This document shows, piece by piece, positions 15,429 to 25,244 of a stretch of DNA of 64,000 nucleotides (position 1 is its first letter; the number at the start of each line of letters is the position of its first letter). The stretch lies in contig JAEWSH010000133.1 of NCBI GenBank assembly GCA_023398375.1, forward strand, positions 244,260 through 308,259. The letters run 5' to 3'. This DNA comes from Bacillota bacterium (GTDB lineage Bacteria > Bacillota > Clostridia > Lachnospirales > Lachnospiraceae). The notes under the pieces were generated by a model. The model did not search any database and had not been told where the DNA came from. It worked only from the letters and a program-made list of their open reading frames with translations. The translations under genes and the position numbers were made by a program.

Positions 15429-17948
15429 TTGAAACGAGAACTAAAGCAATATCACGTGCTGCAGATATTTTTTGTGATCATGGCAGCAGTGGGAATATTA
15501 TTGATATATCCAGGCAGAATCTATGGGCAGAAGGTCACAAATGAAATACAGGCTGACACATATCAGGAGACAGGAATTCTGGATGATCAGATTAATGTGA
15601 TGCAGGAATTCATTCCATCACAGGAACAATTGCATGCCATTACGGTCATGGTAGATTCGCTGGGTGGCTCCACAGGACTTTTTAAGCTGCATTTATACGA
15701 TCAGTCCTTGAATCTGTTATGGGAAGACGGACGAAGATTTGGCGAAAGTCCCGGAATTGCCAAGTATACGTTTCATGTAGATCAGAAAGTAGCGATCGGA
15801 CAACCTTACTATTATACACTGGATTATGACAGTGCATCTTTTGCAGTGTGTTATACAGATAAAAATTCGCAGGTGCAGGGAGATAATGGCATACTCTATT
15901 ATAATCTGCAGGAAATACCGAACGGTACACTTATTACAAGCTATCAATACAAAATACCGCTTAGCTTTAAAAGAATTATAGTTTATGATGCAGCAATTCT
16001 CTTTGCAGCACTGTTGGCATGTTTTGCTGCAGAAGCACTGGGAAGGCGCGGAAGATTAGGCAGAAGTATGACAAAGAGCCAGGTGCTTCATTTATATGCC
16101 GGAACATTTTTGGCAATCTGCGTAGTGTATGCAATATGGCAGGTGATGTGGAATCATACGTTCAGTGCAAATCTTACGGAAAATACTGTTTTAGCAACAG
16201 GCATTTTACTGACAGGCGTGATTGCAATCTATGGAGTATTTAGAATTCAGATAGAACGCATTAAAATAGATAAAGTGACAATCAGAAATAAAATTCCCGA
16301 TATGCTGCAAATCTTATTTTGGGGAATGGCTATACTGGCATGTTGTGACTTTGTGAATGCAGGATCAAACTATGCGCAAGGATTGGCATTACGTGAGATG
16401 TGCATTTATTTCGGACTTGCAGTGATTACGATGTTTACAAAAAGAGAATTATATAACAGGGTAATGGTAATTTATCTAATATTGGGTGCCGGAGCAGCTT
16501 TCTTTTACAGTAGGATGTTCTGGGGACAGGGAGAACCCTTCCAGACAGCAGTGCGGACAGCTGCTATGTGTCTGGTTGCAGGTGTTGTGATATTGGTAAC
16601 GGCTTATCATTTACTGCAAAAAAAAGTAGCATTTTTTTCTCTGCCTTTTGCGGCAATGATAGGAATATTTTTTATATTGCTTCTTATTTTTAGAAACGGA
16701 AATATATGGGAAGTTGCAATTGTAGTGCCATTTACTCTTTTTTATATCAAACGGCAGAGTATGGAACAAATGGATAGAATGCTTGGAAATATTGCAAATG
16801 GTGTTATTTTGTCTTTTGCGGTCACGACCATACAGGCATTATTGTACCGGCCATTTCACTATTATACGATGATCCGTTACTCCGGTATTTTTATGACTGT
16901 TACTGTAACAGCAGTGTATCTGAGTATGATTTTTGCAGTTGCATTATGTAAACTATTGATAAAATATCGTCATTCCCATACAATAAAAAGTGTGTGGAAA
17001 GAACTTTTTATTATGGGTCTGGCGTGCGGATATGAATTCTTAACATTATCAAGAACCGGCATGGCATCCTGCTTAGTGGTATACGTTGTAACGTGCGGAT
17101 TGTATTTGATATTTCACAGGAAAGAACAGATACACCCAATCCGTTTTGTCTGTTACACAGTACTTGCAATTATCTGCTGTATTCCGATTGCCTATACAGG
17201 ATCCAGAATTGTGCCTGCACTTTCCGACAGGCCGAAGATATATCTGGGAGAAGAATTTCAGGATTCTATTAAACAAGGAGAACCGGTCGATTCTTTTCGA
17301 TATATTACCATCGAAAAGCTTCTTGGCATGTCCAGGGAACGTATGCTGGGCAAGACGGACTTGAGTTTTGTAACGAAATCCGGAAAGACTGTGGAAGAGG
17401 TACTGGAAGAGGCTAAGAAACAAAATGAAGATGCATCTGACATGGAAGAAAGCGGTGTTACTGTAAACGACGATAAAGTAACCTATATAGATGATTATGG
17501 CAGTGAATATACGATCGATAATCCGGACTATTCCAATGGAAGGTTAGAGATTTTCAAGATATATCTTAAGAACCTGAATCTGACAGGACATAGTGCGATA
17601 GGTCTTCCGCAGGAGGATGGTTCCATTCTTGTACATGCACACAATTCTTTCATACAAATGGCATATGATTGTGGTATCGTTACAGGAGTTATATTTATTT
17701 TATGTTATATCATATTGGGCTTTCGAAGTATATGGTATTATCAGAAACGTAAAGATAGAGACAAATATGCTATGCTGCCGGTCATTATTTTTGCAGCATT
17801 TGGTATTTCAAGCATGGTAGAATATGTATTTCGTCCTACGATACCACTTGGTTTTGTTTTTTTACTTATGATAGCACCGCTAATAGTCAGATTAGATAAA
17901 TGTGATGCGCAGAAGGCTGGCGCAGAGTTGGAGCAGAAACAGAGATGA
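15429..17948 (+). CDS. O-antigen ligase/polymerase family (Wzy_C domain) protein, unusually large
   Basis: 839 aa. TTG start with an AGAGGG SD. TLSRTGMASCL and HAHNSFIQMAYDCGIVTG are Wzy_C-type motifs. There is an N-terminal ~170-aa extracytoplasmic domain and a ~140-aa hydrophilic insert. Confidence 0.7.
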   Translation: MKRELKQYHVLQIFFVIMAAVGILLIYPGRIYGQKVTNEIQADTYQETGILDDQINVMQEFIPSQEQLHAITVMVDSLGGSTGLFKLHLYDQSLNLLWEDGRRFGESPGIAKYTFHVDQKVAIGQPYYYTLDYDSASFAVCYTDKNSQVQGDNGILYYNLQEIPNGTLITSYQYKIPLSFKRIIVYDAAILFAALLACFAAEALGRRGRLGRSMTKSQVLHLYAGTFLAICVVYAIWQVMWNHTFSANLTENTVLATGILLTGVIAIYGVFRIQIERIKIDKVTIRNKIPDMLQILFWGMAILACCDFVNAGSNYAQGLALREMCIYFGLAVITMFTKRELYNRVMVIYLILGAGAAFFYSRMFWGQGEPFQTAVRTAAMCLVAGVVILVTAYHLLQKKVAFFSLPFAAMIGIFFILLLIFRNGNIWEVAIVVPFTLFYIKRQSMEQMDRMLGNIANGVILSFAVTTIQALLYRPFHYYTMIRYSGIFMTVTVTAVYLSMIFAVALCKLLIKYRHSHTIKSVWKELFIMGLACGYEFLTLSRTGMASCLVVYVVTCGLYLIFHRKEQIHPIRFVCYTVLAIICCIPIAYTGSRIVPALSDRPKIYLGEEFQDSIKQGEPVDSFRYITIEKLLGMSRERMLGKTDLSFVTKSGKTVEEVLEEAKKQNEDASDMEESGVTVNDDKVTYIDDYGSEYTIDNPDYSNGRLEIFKIYLKNLNLTGHSAIGLPQEDGSILVHAHNSFIQMAYDCGIVTGVIFILCYIILGFRSIWYYQKRKDRDKYAMLPVIIFAAFGISSMVEYVFRPTIPLGFVFLLMIAPLIVRLDKCDAQKAGAELEQKQR

Positions 17949-19813
17949 GGAAAAAATTAGATAAATTAAATAGTAAACTCATAACGAGAAGATTATTTTT
18001 GGCAGCTTATGATGTGGTGGCAGCATGTGTAGCATCGCTTTTTGCGTTGATGATTCGGTACGATTTCCATTATGATGAGATAGCACCTCATTTTTTGGAA
18101 TCTATTAAAGATTTTATGCCATTTACTATTATCATAACTCTCATTGTATTCTATTTGTTCCGTCTGTATCATAGCCTGTGGGTCTTTGCAGGTGTTACAG
18201 AAATGCAGAATATCGTCATTGCGTGCCTGCTTGCTTCAGCAGTAGGGGGACTTGGTCTATATTTTACAGGTAGTCTGGTTCCAAGAAGTTACTATTTTAC
18301 AAATGCCGGTTTCTTAATAGCACTTACGATTGCGAACCGATTTTCATACCGCTTTCTAAGAGGTATGAGACATAAGCAGCAGAATAAAAAAAATGGAATA
18401 CAGGTCATGATCATTGGTGCAGGTGATGCTGGAAATGCGATTATCAAAGAGATAGTCAGCAGTAATTACACCCGCATGGTAATTAAATGTGTCATAGACG
18501 ACGATATGAACAAGTGGGGAAGATATGTTCAGGGTATCAAGGTGGTAGGCGGCAGAGACAGAATTGTCGAAATGGCTAATTTTTATGGTATCAATGAAAT
18601 ATTCATTGCCATGCCATCTGTATCTCAAAAGATAATTCGCGAAATCATACAGATCTGCCAGGAAACAGACTGTAAATTACGTACCTTGCCAGGGATGTAT
18701 CAGCTGGTGAACGGTGAGGTGGATGTCAGTAAGCTTCGTGATGTAGAAGTGGAAGATTTATTGGGCAGAGATCCAATTGCCGTGGATCTGGATGCAATTC
18801 TTGATTATGTGAAGGATAAAACAGTAATGGTCACAGGCGGAGGCGGTTCTATAGGCAGTGAACTTTGCCGTCAGATTGCATCTCATCAGCCAAAACGTTT
18901 GATTATTCTTGATATTTATGAGAATAGTGCATATGAGATACAACAGGAATTAAAATCAAAATATCCAGCCCTTGACTTATTGGTATTGATTGCTTCGGTC
19001 CGTAATACGAATCGTATGAATTGGATATTTGCTACCTATAGACCGGATATCGTATATCATGCCGCTGCGCATAAGCATGTACCGCTCATGGAAGACAGCC
19101 CGAATGAAGCGATCAAGAACAATGTATTCGGAACTTTTAAGACAGCTCAGGCGGCTGCGTGGTATGGGACGAAGAAGTTCGTCATGATATCAACAGATAA
19201 AGCTGTGAACCCGACAAATATCATGGGTGCTACCAAGCGTATCTGCGAGATGATCATTCAGATATTTAACAGACATTACAGCACAGAATTTGTAGCCGTA
19301 CGCTTTGGTAACGTACTGGGCAGTAACGGGAGTGTGATCCCGTTATTTAAAAAACAGATAGAAGCAGGAGGACCTGTAACGGTTACTCATCCCGATATCA
19401 TCCGTTATTTCATGACAATACCGGAAGCAGTATCCTTGGTATTACAGGCAGGAACGTATGCAAAAGGAGGAGAGATCTTCGTACTGGATATGGGAGAACC
19501 TGTTAAGATACTTGATCTTGCAAAAAATCTGATCCGCTTATCAGGATTTAAATTAGATGAGGATATAGAGATCAAATTCACAGGACTCCGCCCGGGAGAA
19601 AAATTATACGAAGAGCTTCTGATGGATGAAGAAGGTCTGCAGGAAACTGCAAATAAACTGATTCATATCGGAAAACCGATTGAAATAGATGAGACAGTAT
19701 TTTTCTGCCATTTAAAGGCGCTGAAAGATGCGACAGAACAGGAAAGAGAAGATACCAGAACTATGATTCAGGGTATCGTACCGACTTATGTACCAAAGAC
19801 GGATAAAGATTAA
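17945..19813 (+). CDS. capD: Membrane-anchored UDP-HexNAc 4,6-dehydratase (CapD/PglF/WbpM family)
   Basis: N-terminal TM segments, IIGAGDAGNAI, VTGGGGSIGSEL, YHAAAHKHVP and STDKAVNPTNIMGATKR. ATGA overlap with the upstream gene. Confidence 0.9.
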   Translation: MRKKLDKLNSKLITRRLFLAAYDVVAACVASLFALMIRYDFHYDEIAPHFLESIKDFMPFTIIITLIVFYLFRLYHSLWVFAGVTEMQNIVIACLLASAVGGLGLYFTGSLVPRSYYFTNAGFLIALTIANRFSYRFLRGMRHKQQNKKNGIQVMIIGAGDAGNAIIKEIVSSNYTRMVIKCVIDDDMNKWGRYVQGIKVVGGRDRIVEMANFYGINEIFIAMPSVSQKIIREIIQICQETDCKLRTLPGMYQLVNGEVDVSKLRDVEVEDLLGRDPIAVDLDAILDYVKDKTVMVTGGGGSIGSELCRQIASHQPKRLIILDIYENSAYEIQQELKSKYPALDLLVLIASVRNTNRMNWIFATYRPDIVYHAAAHKHVPLMEDSPNEAIKNNVFGTFKTAQAAAWYGTKKFVMISTDKAVNPTNIMGATKRICEMIIQIFNRHYSTEFVAVRFGNVLGSNGSVIPLFKKQIEAGGPVTVTHPDIIRYFMTIPEAVSLVLQAGTYAKGGEIFVLDMGEPVKILDLAKNLIRLSGFKLDEDIEIKFTGLRPGEKLYEELLMDEEGLQETANKLIHIGKPIEIDETVFFCHLKALKDATEQEREDTRTMIQGIVPTYVPKTDKD

Positions 19814-19921
19814 AAGCAATTCTAAAGCATACAATGAAATAGTAAAGATGGTAACACAAAATGTTACTATGAAACAGTAAGGCTGAATAGTAACTATAAA
19901 ATCAGGAAAAGAGGCAGACAC

Positions 19922-21061
19922 ATGGAAAAGAAAAGAATCTTTCTTTCTTCACCAACCATGAATGGCAAAGAACAGGAATACATTAAGGAAGCATTTGATA
20001 CTAACTGGGTAGCCCCGCTTGGCAAAAATGTAGATGAGTTTGAAAATGAGATGGCAGCACATGTGGGGATTTCGCATGCGGCAGCATTGAGTGCAGGTAC
20101 GGCAGCAATCCATCTTGCTCTGAAATTACTTAATGTAAAACAAGGAGACAAAGTATTTGTTTCTTCTCTTACTTTCTCAGCAAGCTGTAATCCGATCGCA
20201 TATGAAAAGGCGGAACCTGTATTTATCGATGCGGAACCGGATACCTGGAATATGTCACCGGAAGCACTAAAGCGTGCATTTGAGAAATACCCGGCTCCAT
20301 TGGCTGTAATTGTGGTTGATTTATATGGAACACCAGCTAAAATGGATGAAATTATGGCAATTTGTGCAGAGCATAACGTCCCTCTGATTGAAGATGCAGC
20401 AGAAGCATTAAGCTCTACATACAAAGGAAAATATTTAGGTACATTTGGAAAATTAGGTATATTTTCTTTTAATGGCAATAAAATTATTACAACATCCGGA
20501 GGCGGTATGCTTGTATCTGATGATGCAGAACTGATCAGGGAAGCAAGGTTCTTGGCAACACAGGCAAGAGACCCTGCAAGACATTATCAGCATTCGAAGA
20601 TAGGTTATAATTATCGTATGTCTAATATTATTGCGGGTATTGGCAGAGGACAATTAACGGTATTGGAAGAATATAAGAAGAAAAAAAAGGCTATCTATAA
20701 AGAATATAAGGAAAGATTGGCGGACATAGCGGAGATTACCATGAATCCGATGAATCCGGAGGGTGATGCAAATAACTGGTTATCCTGTATCACAATAGAT
20801 GCTTCTTCCAGGATAACACCAAATATGGTCATGGATGCATTAGAGGCAGATAATATAGAATGCCGACCAATCTGGAAACCAATGAATCTGCAGCCTGTAT
20901 TTGCAGAATATGATTTCTTCCAACATAATGAAGGCAGCGTATCAGTAGGAGAAGATATTTTTAACAGAGGTGTATGTTTACCGAGTGATGTAAAAAATAC
21001 ACCGGAAGATATGGACAGAATCATTGGAATCATCAGAAAATTATTTTTAACTGAGGCATAG
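19922..21061 (+). CDS. DegT/DnrJ/EryC1-family sugar aminotransferase (PglE/EpsN-like)
   Basis: FLSSPTMNGKEQEYIKEAFDTNWVAPLG, and SFNGNKIITTSGGGML containing the PLP lysine. Confidence 0.85.
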   Translation: MEKKRIFLSSPTMNGKEQEYIKEAFDTNWVAPLGKNVDEFENEMAAHVGISHAAALSAGTAAIHLALKLLNVKQGDKVFVSSLTFSASCNPIAYEKAEPVFIDAEPDTWNMSPEALKRAFEKYPAPLAVIVVDLYGTPAKMDEIMAICAEHNVPLIEDAAEALSSTYKGKYLGTFGKLGIFSFNGNKIITTSGGGMLVSDDAELIREARFLATQARDPARHYQHSKIGYNYRMSNIIAGIGRGQLTVLEEYKKKKKAIYKEYKERLADIAEITMNPMNPEGDANNWLSCITIDASSRITPNMVMDALEADNIECRPIWKPMNLQPVFAEYDFFQHNEGSVSVGEDIFNRGVCLPSDVKNTPEDMDRIIGIIRKLFLTEA

Positions 21062-21070
21062 GAGTATAGA

Positions 21071-21718
21071 ATGTATCAGCGATTTGTAAAAAGGGTATTC
21101 GATATCATATTATCGGGAGCCGGACTGCTTATTCTAAGCCCGGCTTATTTGGTGTTAGCGATACTGGTCAGGGTATGCCTGGGAAGTCCGGTTCTATTCC
21201 GACAGGAGCGGCCGGGACGCGGGGAGAAGATATTTACATTGAAAAAATTCCGAACTATGACGGACAAGAGAGGTGCAGATGGGAAATTACTCCCGGATCG
21301 TGAGAGACTGACTTCTTTTGGAAAGTTCTTAAGAGCGACCAGTCTGGATGAACTTCCTGAATTATGGAATATCTTCGTGGGAGATATGAGTGTCATCGGC
21401 CCCAGACCGTTGTTAGTCAGCTATCTGCCATATTATACGGAAAGAGAGCGGAAAAGACATTCGGTGAGGCCGGGATTAACTGGTCTTGCACAGGTGAGCG
21501 GTCGTAATTATCTTGCGTGGGATAAGCGTCTGGAAAAAGATGTTGAATATGTAGAGCACATTACGTTTATCAATGATGTGAAAATATTGATGAAAACGGT
21601 ATCTGTTGCACTGAAACCAGCTAATGTTGCCGAGGACACGAATCAGGCAGAAGGTAATTTTGCACAGATACGGAAAGCACAGCAGGAAGGTTCGAAAGCA
21701 GATAGCTTTCCATTATAA
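21071..21718 (+). CDS. Small monotopic phosphoglycosyltransferase (PglC/WecP-like 'bacterial sugar transferase'), initiating enzyme
   Basis: KRVFDIILSGAGLLILSP, SPVLFRQERPG, FTLKKFRTM, DELPELWNIFVGDMSVIGPRP. Confidence 0.9.
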   Translation: MYQRFVKRVFDIILSGAGLLILSPAYLVLAILVRVCLGSPVLFRQERPGRGEKIFTLKKFRTMTDKRGADGKLLPDRERLTSFGKFLRATSLDELPELWNIFVGDMSVIGPRPLLVSYLPYYTERERKRHSVRPGLTGLAQVSGRNYLAWDKRLEKDVEYVEHITFINDVKILMKTVSVALKPANVAEDTNQAEGNFAQIRKAQQEGSKADSFPL

Positions 21719-21721
21719 TAG

Positions 21722-21758
21722 TTCATGACAAGTGAGTCGGCTTGCCGATTCATCTTGT
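21722..21758 (+). repeat. Element E, copy 1 (37-nt hairpin repeat)
   Basis: TTCATGACAAGTGAGTCGGCTTGCCGATTCATCTTGT is 33/37 identical to 49472-49508. Confidence 0.6.
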
Positions 21759-21790
21759 ATAATCAGAGTAAGAGTGAGGAAAGACCGGTT

Positions 21791-22747
21791 ATGAATATTT
21801 TGATATTGAGTGCAGGAACAAGAAATAAAGTAGTCGAATATTTTAAAAACGAAATGGGAGATAAGGGAAGAATCATTGCTACAGACTGCAGTGAACTGGC
21901 ACCAGCTCTCTATGAAGCAGATGAATATGTGATCGTTCCAAGAATTGATGAAGAAGGTTATCTGGAGATTATATTGAATATCTGCAGGGAAAAGAAGATC
22001 GACGGTGTTTTTTCACTGATCGATCCGGAATTGAGCTTACTTGCAGCGAATAAGAATAAGTTTCTTGAGATAGGAACGACGCCCATTATATCGTCGGAAG
22101 ATGCAGTTGAGACCTGCTTTGACAAATTCAAAATGTATCAGTTACTAATTGACAGCGGATACAAAACTGCAAAAAGTTATGTAGATAAAGAAGCATTTTA
22201 TCAGGATGTAACTGCTGGAAAAATATCTTACCCGGTATTTGTGAAACCAGTAAAAGGAAGTGCCAGCATAAATATCAATAAAGTGTACAGCCCGAAAGAA
22301 ATAGAGGTCCTTTTTTGTTTATATGATGATCTTATGATACAGGAATTTATGGATGGAACGGAATATGGAGCCGATGTATACATCGATATGCTTACCGGAA
22401 AAGTAACTTCTATCTTTACCAAAGAGAAGATTAAGATGCGTGCAGGCGAAACAGATAAATCGGTATCCGTGAAGGATGAGACTTTATTCAGAATGATTCA
22501 GGAATTTGCTGAAAAAGTTGGATTCAGAGGTATCATCGATATGGATATATTTAAGATAGATGGAGAATATTATATCTCAGAAGTAAATCCGCGGTTTGGC
22601 GGTGGATATCCGCATGCGCATGCCTGTGGCGTCAATGTTCCAAAACAAATCATTGAAAATCTTGCAGGAAAAGAAAATCCGTGTACAATCGGTGCGTATA
22701 AGGAAGGTATCCACATGATGAAATATAATGAGATCATGATTCGGTGA
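21791..22747 (+). CDS. ATP-grasp domain ligase
   Basis: MNILILSAGTRNK..., YPVFVKPVKGSAS, and ISEVNPRFGGGYP, which is an ATP-grasp signature. I preferred ATG 21791 (SD GAGTGAGGAAAG) to the track's 21725. Confidence 0.75.
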   Translation: MNILILSAGTRNKVVEYFKNEMGDKGRIIATDCSELAPALYEADEYVIVPRIDEEGYLEIILNICREKKIDGVFSLIDPELSLLAANKNKFLEIGTTPIISSEDAVETCFDKFKMYQLLIDSGYKTAKSYVDKEAFYQDVTAGKISYPVFVKPVKGSASININKVYSPKEIEVLFCLYDDLMIQEFMDGTEYGADVYIDMLTGKVTSIFTKEKIKMRAGETDKSVSVKDETLFRMIQEFAEKVGFRGIIDMDIFKIDGEYYISEVNPRFGGGYPHAHACGVNVPKQIIENLAGKENPCTIGAYKEGIHMMKYNEIMIR

Positions 22748-22776
22748 TCAGGCAGGATGTGTAGGAGAATGATTGT

Positions 22777-23922
22777 ATGAAAAAGACAATTATGATACTG
22801 ACCAACAGTGATTCCGGTCTTTATGATTTTCGGAAAGAAATACTGAAAGAACTGATTGCAGAAGGATACCGGGTCATTGTGTCGGTGCCGGCTGGTAATT
22901 ATCAGAACAGAATTGAACAATTAGGCTGTGAATATGTGGCAACAGCAGTAAACAGACGTGGTATGAACCCAATAAAAGACGCTTTCCTCTTGATGAACTA
23001 TCTGCGGATGTTAAGAAAGTATAGGCCGGATGTAGTACTTACGTATACGGTTAAACCGAATACTTATGGCTGCATAGCCTGCAGAATCCTTCGTATTCCT
23101 TTTATAGTGAATATAACAGGTCTTGGAACTGCCTTAGAGAACTCTGGAATGGTTCAGAGAATTGTGGTCATGTTATACAGAATCGCATTGAAGAGGGCAA
23201 GGTGTGTTTTTTTTCAAAATGAATATAATCAAAAATTCATAAAAGATCTAGGCTGCATTCATGGAAAAACTAGACTTTTACCGGGATCCGGGGTAAATAT
23301 AACAGAACATGAGTATACGCCTTATCCGGATGAAGAAAAAGAAATTCGTATTCTGGATGTCATGCGCATTATGCGCGCAAAGGGAGCTTCCGAACTACTT
23401 ACTGTGGCACCGGTGATTCATACAGAATTTCCCCGAGTGATTTTTGAAATAGCAGGTTCCTATGAAGAAGAAAGCAGGGCAGAATATGAACCTATGATAA
23501 AGGACTTGCAAGACAGGGGGATTTTGCGTTATTATGGGTATCGGGAAGATATCCAGAAAATAATGGAAAATAGCCATATAATCATAAATCCGTCATACAG
23601 TGAAGGCATGTCGAATGTGCTGCTGGAAGCAGCAGCGACCGGAAGACCGGTTATTGCTACTAATATAAACGGCTGTATAGAGGCGTTTCAGGATGGCATT
23701 ACAGGAATCAGCTGCGATGCGAAGAATAATGAATCACTGCTGCGGGCATTGCGGAAAATGTTAAAGAAATCTGCGGATGAAAGGGCACTGATGGGACGTG
23801 ATGGAAGAACCTATGTGAAGGAAAGGTTTAACCGGGAAATAGTCGTTTCTATTTATTTGGAAGAGATTGCGGCAGCAATAAAGGACAAGCAGAATAGCAT
23901 AAGAAATAAGAAAAGAGGATAA
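22777..23922 (+). CDS. GT4 glycosyltransferase
   Basis: GT-B fold with the EX7E region NPSYSEGMSNVLLEAAATGRPVI. Confidence 0.8.
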   Translation: MKKTIMILTNSDSGLYDFRKEILKELIAEGYRVIVSVPAGNYQNRIEQLGCEYVATAVNRRGMNPIKDAFLLMNYLRMLRKYRPDVVLTYTVKPNTYGCIACRILRIPFIVNITGLGTALENSGMVQRIVVMLYRIALKRARCVFFQNEYNQKFIKDLGCIHGKTRLLPGSGVNITEHEYTPYPDEEKEIRILDVMRIMRAKGASELLTVAPVIHTEFPRVIFEIAGSYEEESRAEYEPMIKDLQDRGILRYYGYREDIQKIMENSHIIINPSYSEGMSNVLLEAAATGRPVIATNINGCIEAFQDGITGISCDAKNNESLLRALRKMLKKSADERALMGRDGRTYVKERFNREIVVSIYLEEIAAAIKDKQNSIRNKKRG

Positions 23923-23926
23923 TCAT

Positions 23927-25243
23927 ATGGGATTATATGAAAGAATCGTTAATGGAGAAGAAAAGGTATCGTTGGTTGGATTAGGATATGTAGGGATGCC
24001 GATCGCAGTTGCTTTTTCAAAAAAAATCAAAGTAATTGGTTTTGATTTAAATGAGGCGAAAATTGATTTATATAAAAAAGGAATCGATCCGACCAGAGAG
24101 GTGGGAGATGAGGTAATCAGAAATACTACAGTAGAATTTACAGCGGATGAGACAAAGTTAAGAGAAGCCAAATTCCATATTGTAGCAGTCCCGACACCTG
24201 TACATGACGATCATACACCGGACCTTTCACCAGTGGAAGGCGCAAGTACGATTCTGGGACGTAACTTAACAAAAGGTGCTATCGTAGTATTTGAATCAAC
24301 AGTATATCCGGGCGTAACAGAAGAACTCTGTGTTCCCATCTTAGAGAAAGAATCAGGGCTGAAGTGCGGAATAGACTTTAAAATAGGCTATTCTCCTGAG
24401 AGAATCAACCCTGGTGATAAGGTACACCGTCTTGAAACGATTACCAAGATTGTGTCAGGTATGGATGAAGAAACGCTCGATACGGTAGCCAAAGTATATG
24501 AATTGGTAGTGGAAGCTGGCGTGCATCGTGCAGAATCCATAAAAGTAGCAGAAGCAGCCAAAGTAATTGAAAATAGCCAAAGAGATATCAACATTGCATT
24601 TATGAATGAATTATCTATCATTTTTAATAGAATGGGAATTGATACACAGGCGGTATTAGAAGCAGCCGGAACAAAGTGGAACTTTTTAAAATTCTTCCCT
24701 GGTCTGGTCGGCGGACATTGTATCGGTGTTGACCCGTATTATCTTACTTATAAGGCGGAACAACTGGGATATCATTCACAGATCATCCTTTCAGGCAGGC
24801 GTATCAATGACGATATGGGAAGATATGTAGCGGAGAGCCTGGTAAAGAGCTTAATCAAAGCAGACATTCCGGTAAATAATGCAAAAGTGGCGATCTTGGG
24901 CTTTACATTTAAGGAAAACTGTCCGGATACAAGAAATACAAAGGTAGTAGATATCTATAATGAATTATTAGAGTATGGAATCAAACCGGTGGTGACCGAT
25001 GAAACAGCAGATGCTGATGAGGCAAAAAGACTGTATGGAATTGATTTTGTAAGAATGGATACCATTCGGGACATGGATGCGGTCATCATTGCAGTATCAC
25101 ATACAGACTTCCTGAAATTGACAAGAGAAGACATCGCAGGCTTCTATAACAAGAAACATGCAAAGAAAGTATTGGTTGACATAAAAGGAGTATTGGACAG
25201 AAAGGAATATACAGAAGAAGAGTATATTTATTGGAGGCTGTAG
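23927..25243 (+). CDS. tviB: UDP-N-acetylhexosamine 6-dehydrogenase (TviB/WbpO family)
   Basis: LGYVGMPIAVAF, YESTVYPGVTEE, GYSPERINPGDK, KVAEAAKVIENSQRDINIAF, GLVGGHCIGVDPYYL and GFTFKENCPDTRNT. Colinear with TviB as I recall it. Confidence 0.85.
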   Translation: MGLYERIVNGEEKVSLVGLGYVGMPIAVAFSKKIKVIGFDLNEAKIDLYKKGIDPTREVGDEVIRNTTVEFTADETKLREAKFHIVAVPTPVHDDHTPDLSPVEGASTILGRNLTKGAIVVFESTVYPGVTEELCVPILEKESGLKCGIDFKIGYSPERINPGDKVHRLETITKIVSGMDEETLDTVAKVYELVVEAGVHRAESIKVAEAAKVIENSQRDINIAFMNELSIIFNRMGIDTQAVLEAAGTKWNFLKFFPGLVGGHCIGVDPYYLTYKAEQLGYHSQIILSGRRINDDMGRYVAESLVKSLIKADIPVNNAKVAILGFTFKENCPDTRNTKVVDIYNELLEYGIKPVVTDETADADEAKRLYGIDFVRMDTIRDMDAVIIAVSHTDFLKLTREDIAGFYNKKHAKKVLVDIKGVLDRKEYTEEEYIYWRL

Positions 25244-25244
25244 A

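Noticed and set aside
19894-20478. 194-aa minus-strand ORF antisense to the DegT aminotransferase
   Set aside because: It lies almost entirely inside a well-supported + strand CDS. It has no SD and is low-complexity, rich in Ser/Ala/Ile. This is a typical shadow ORF.
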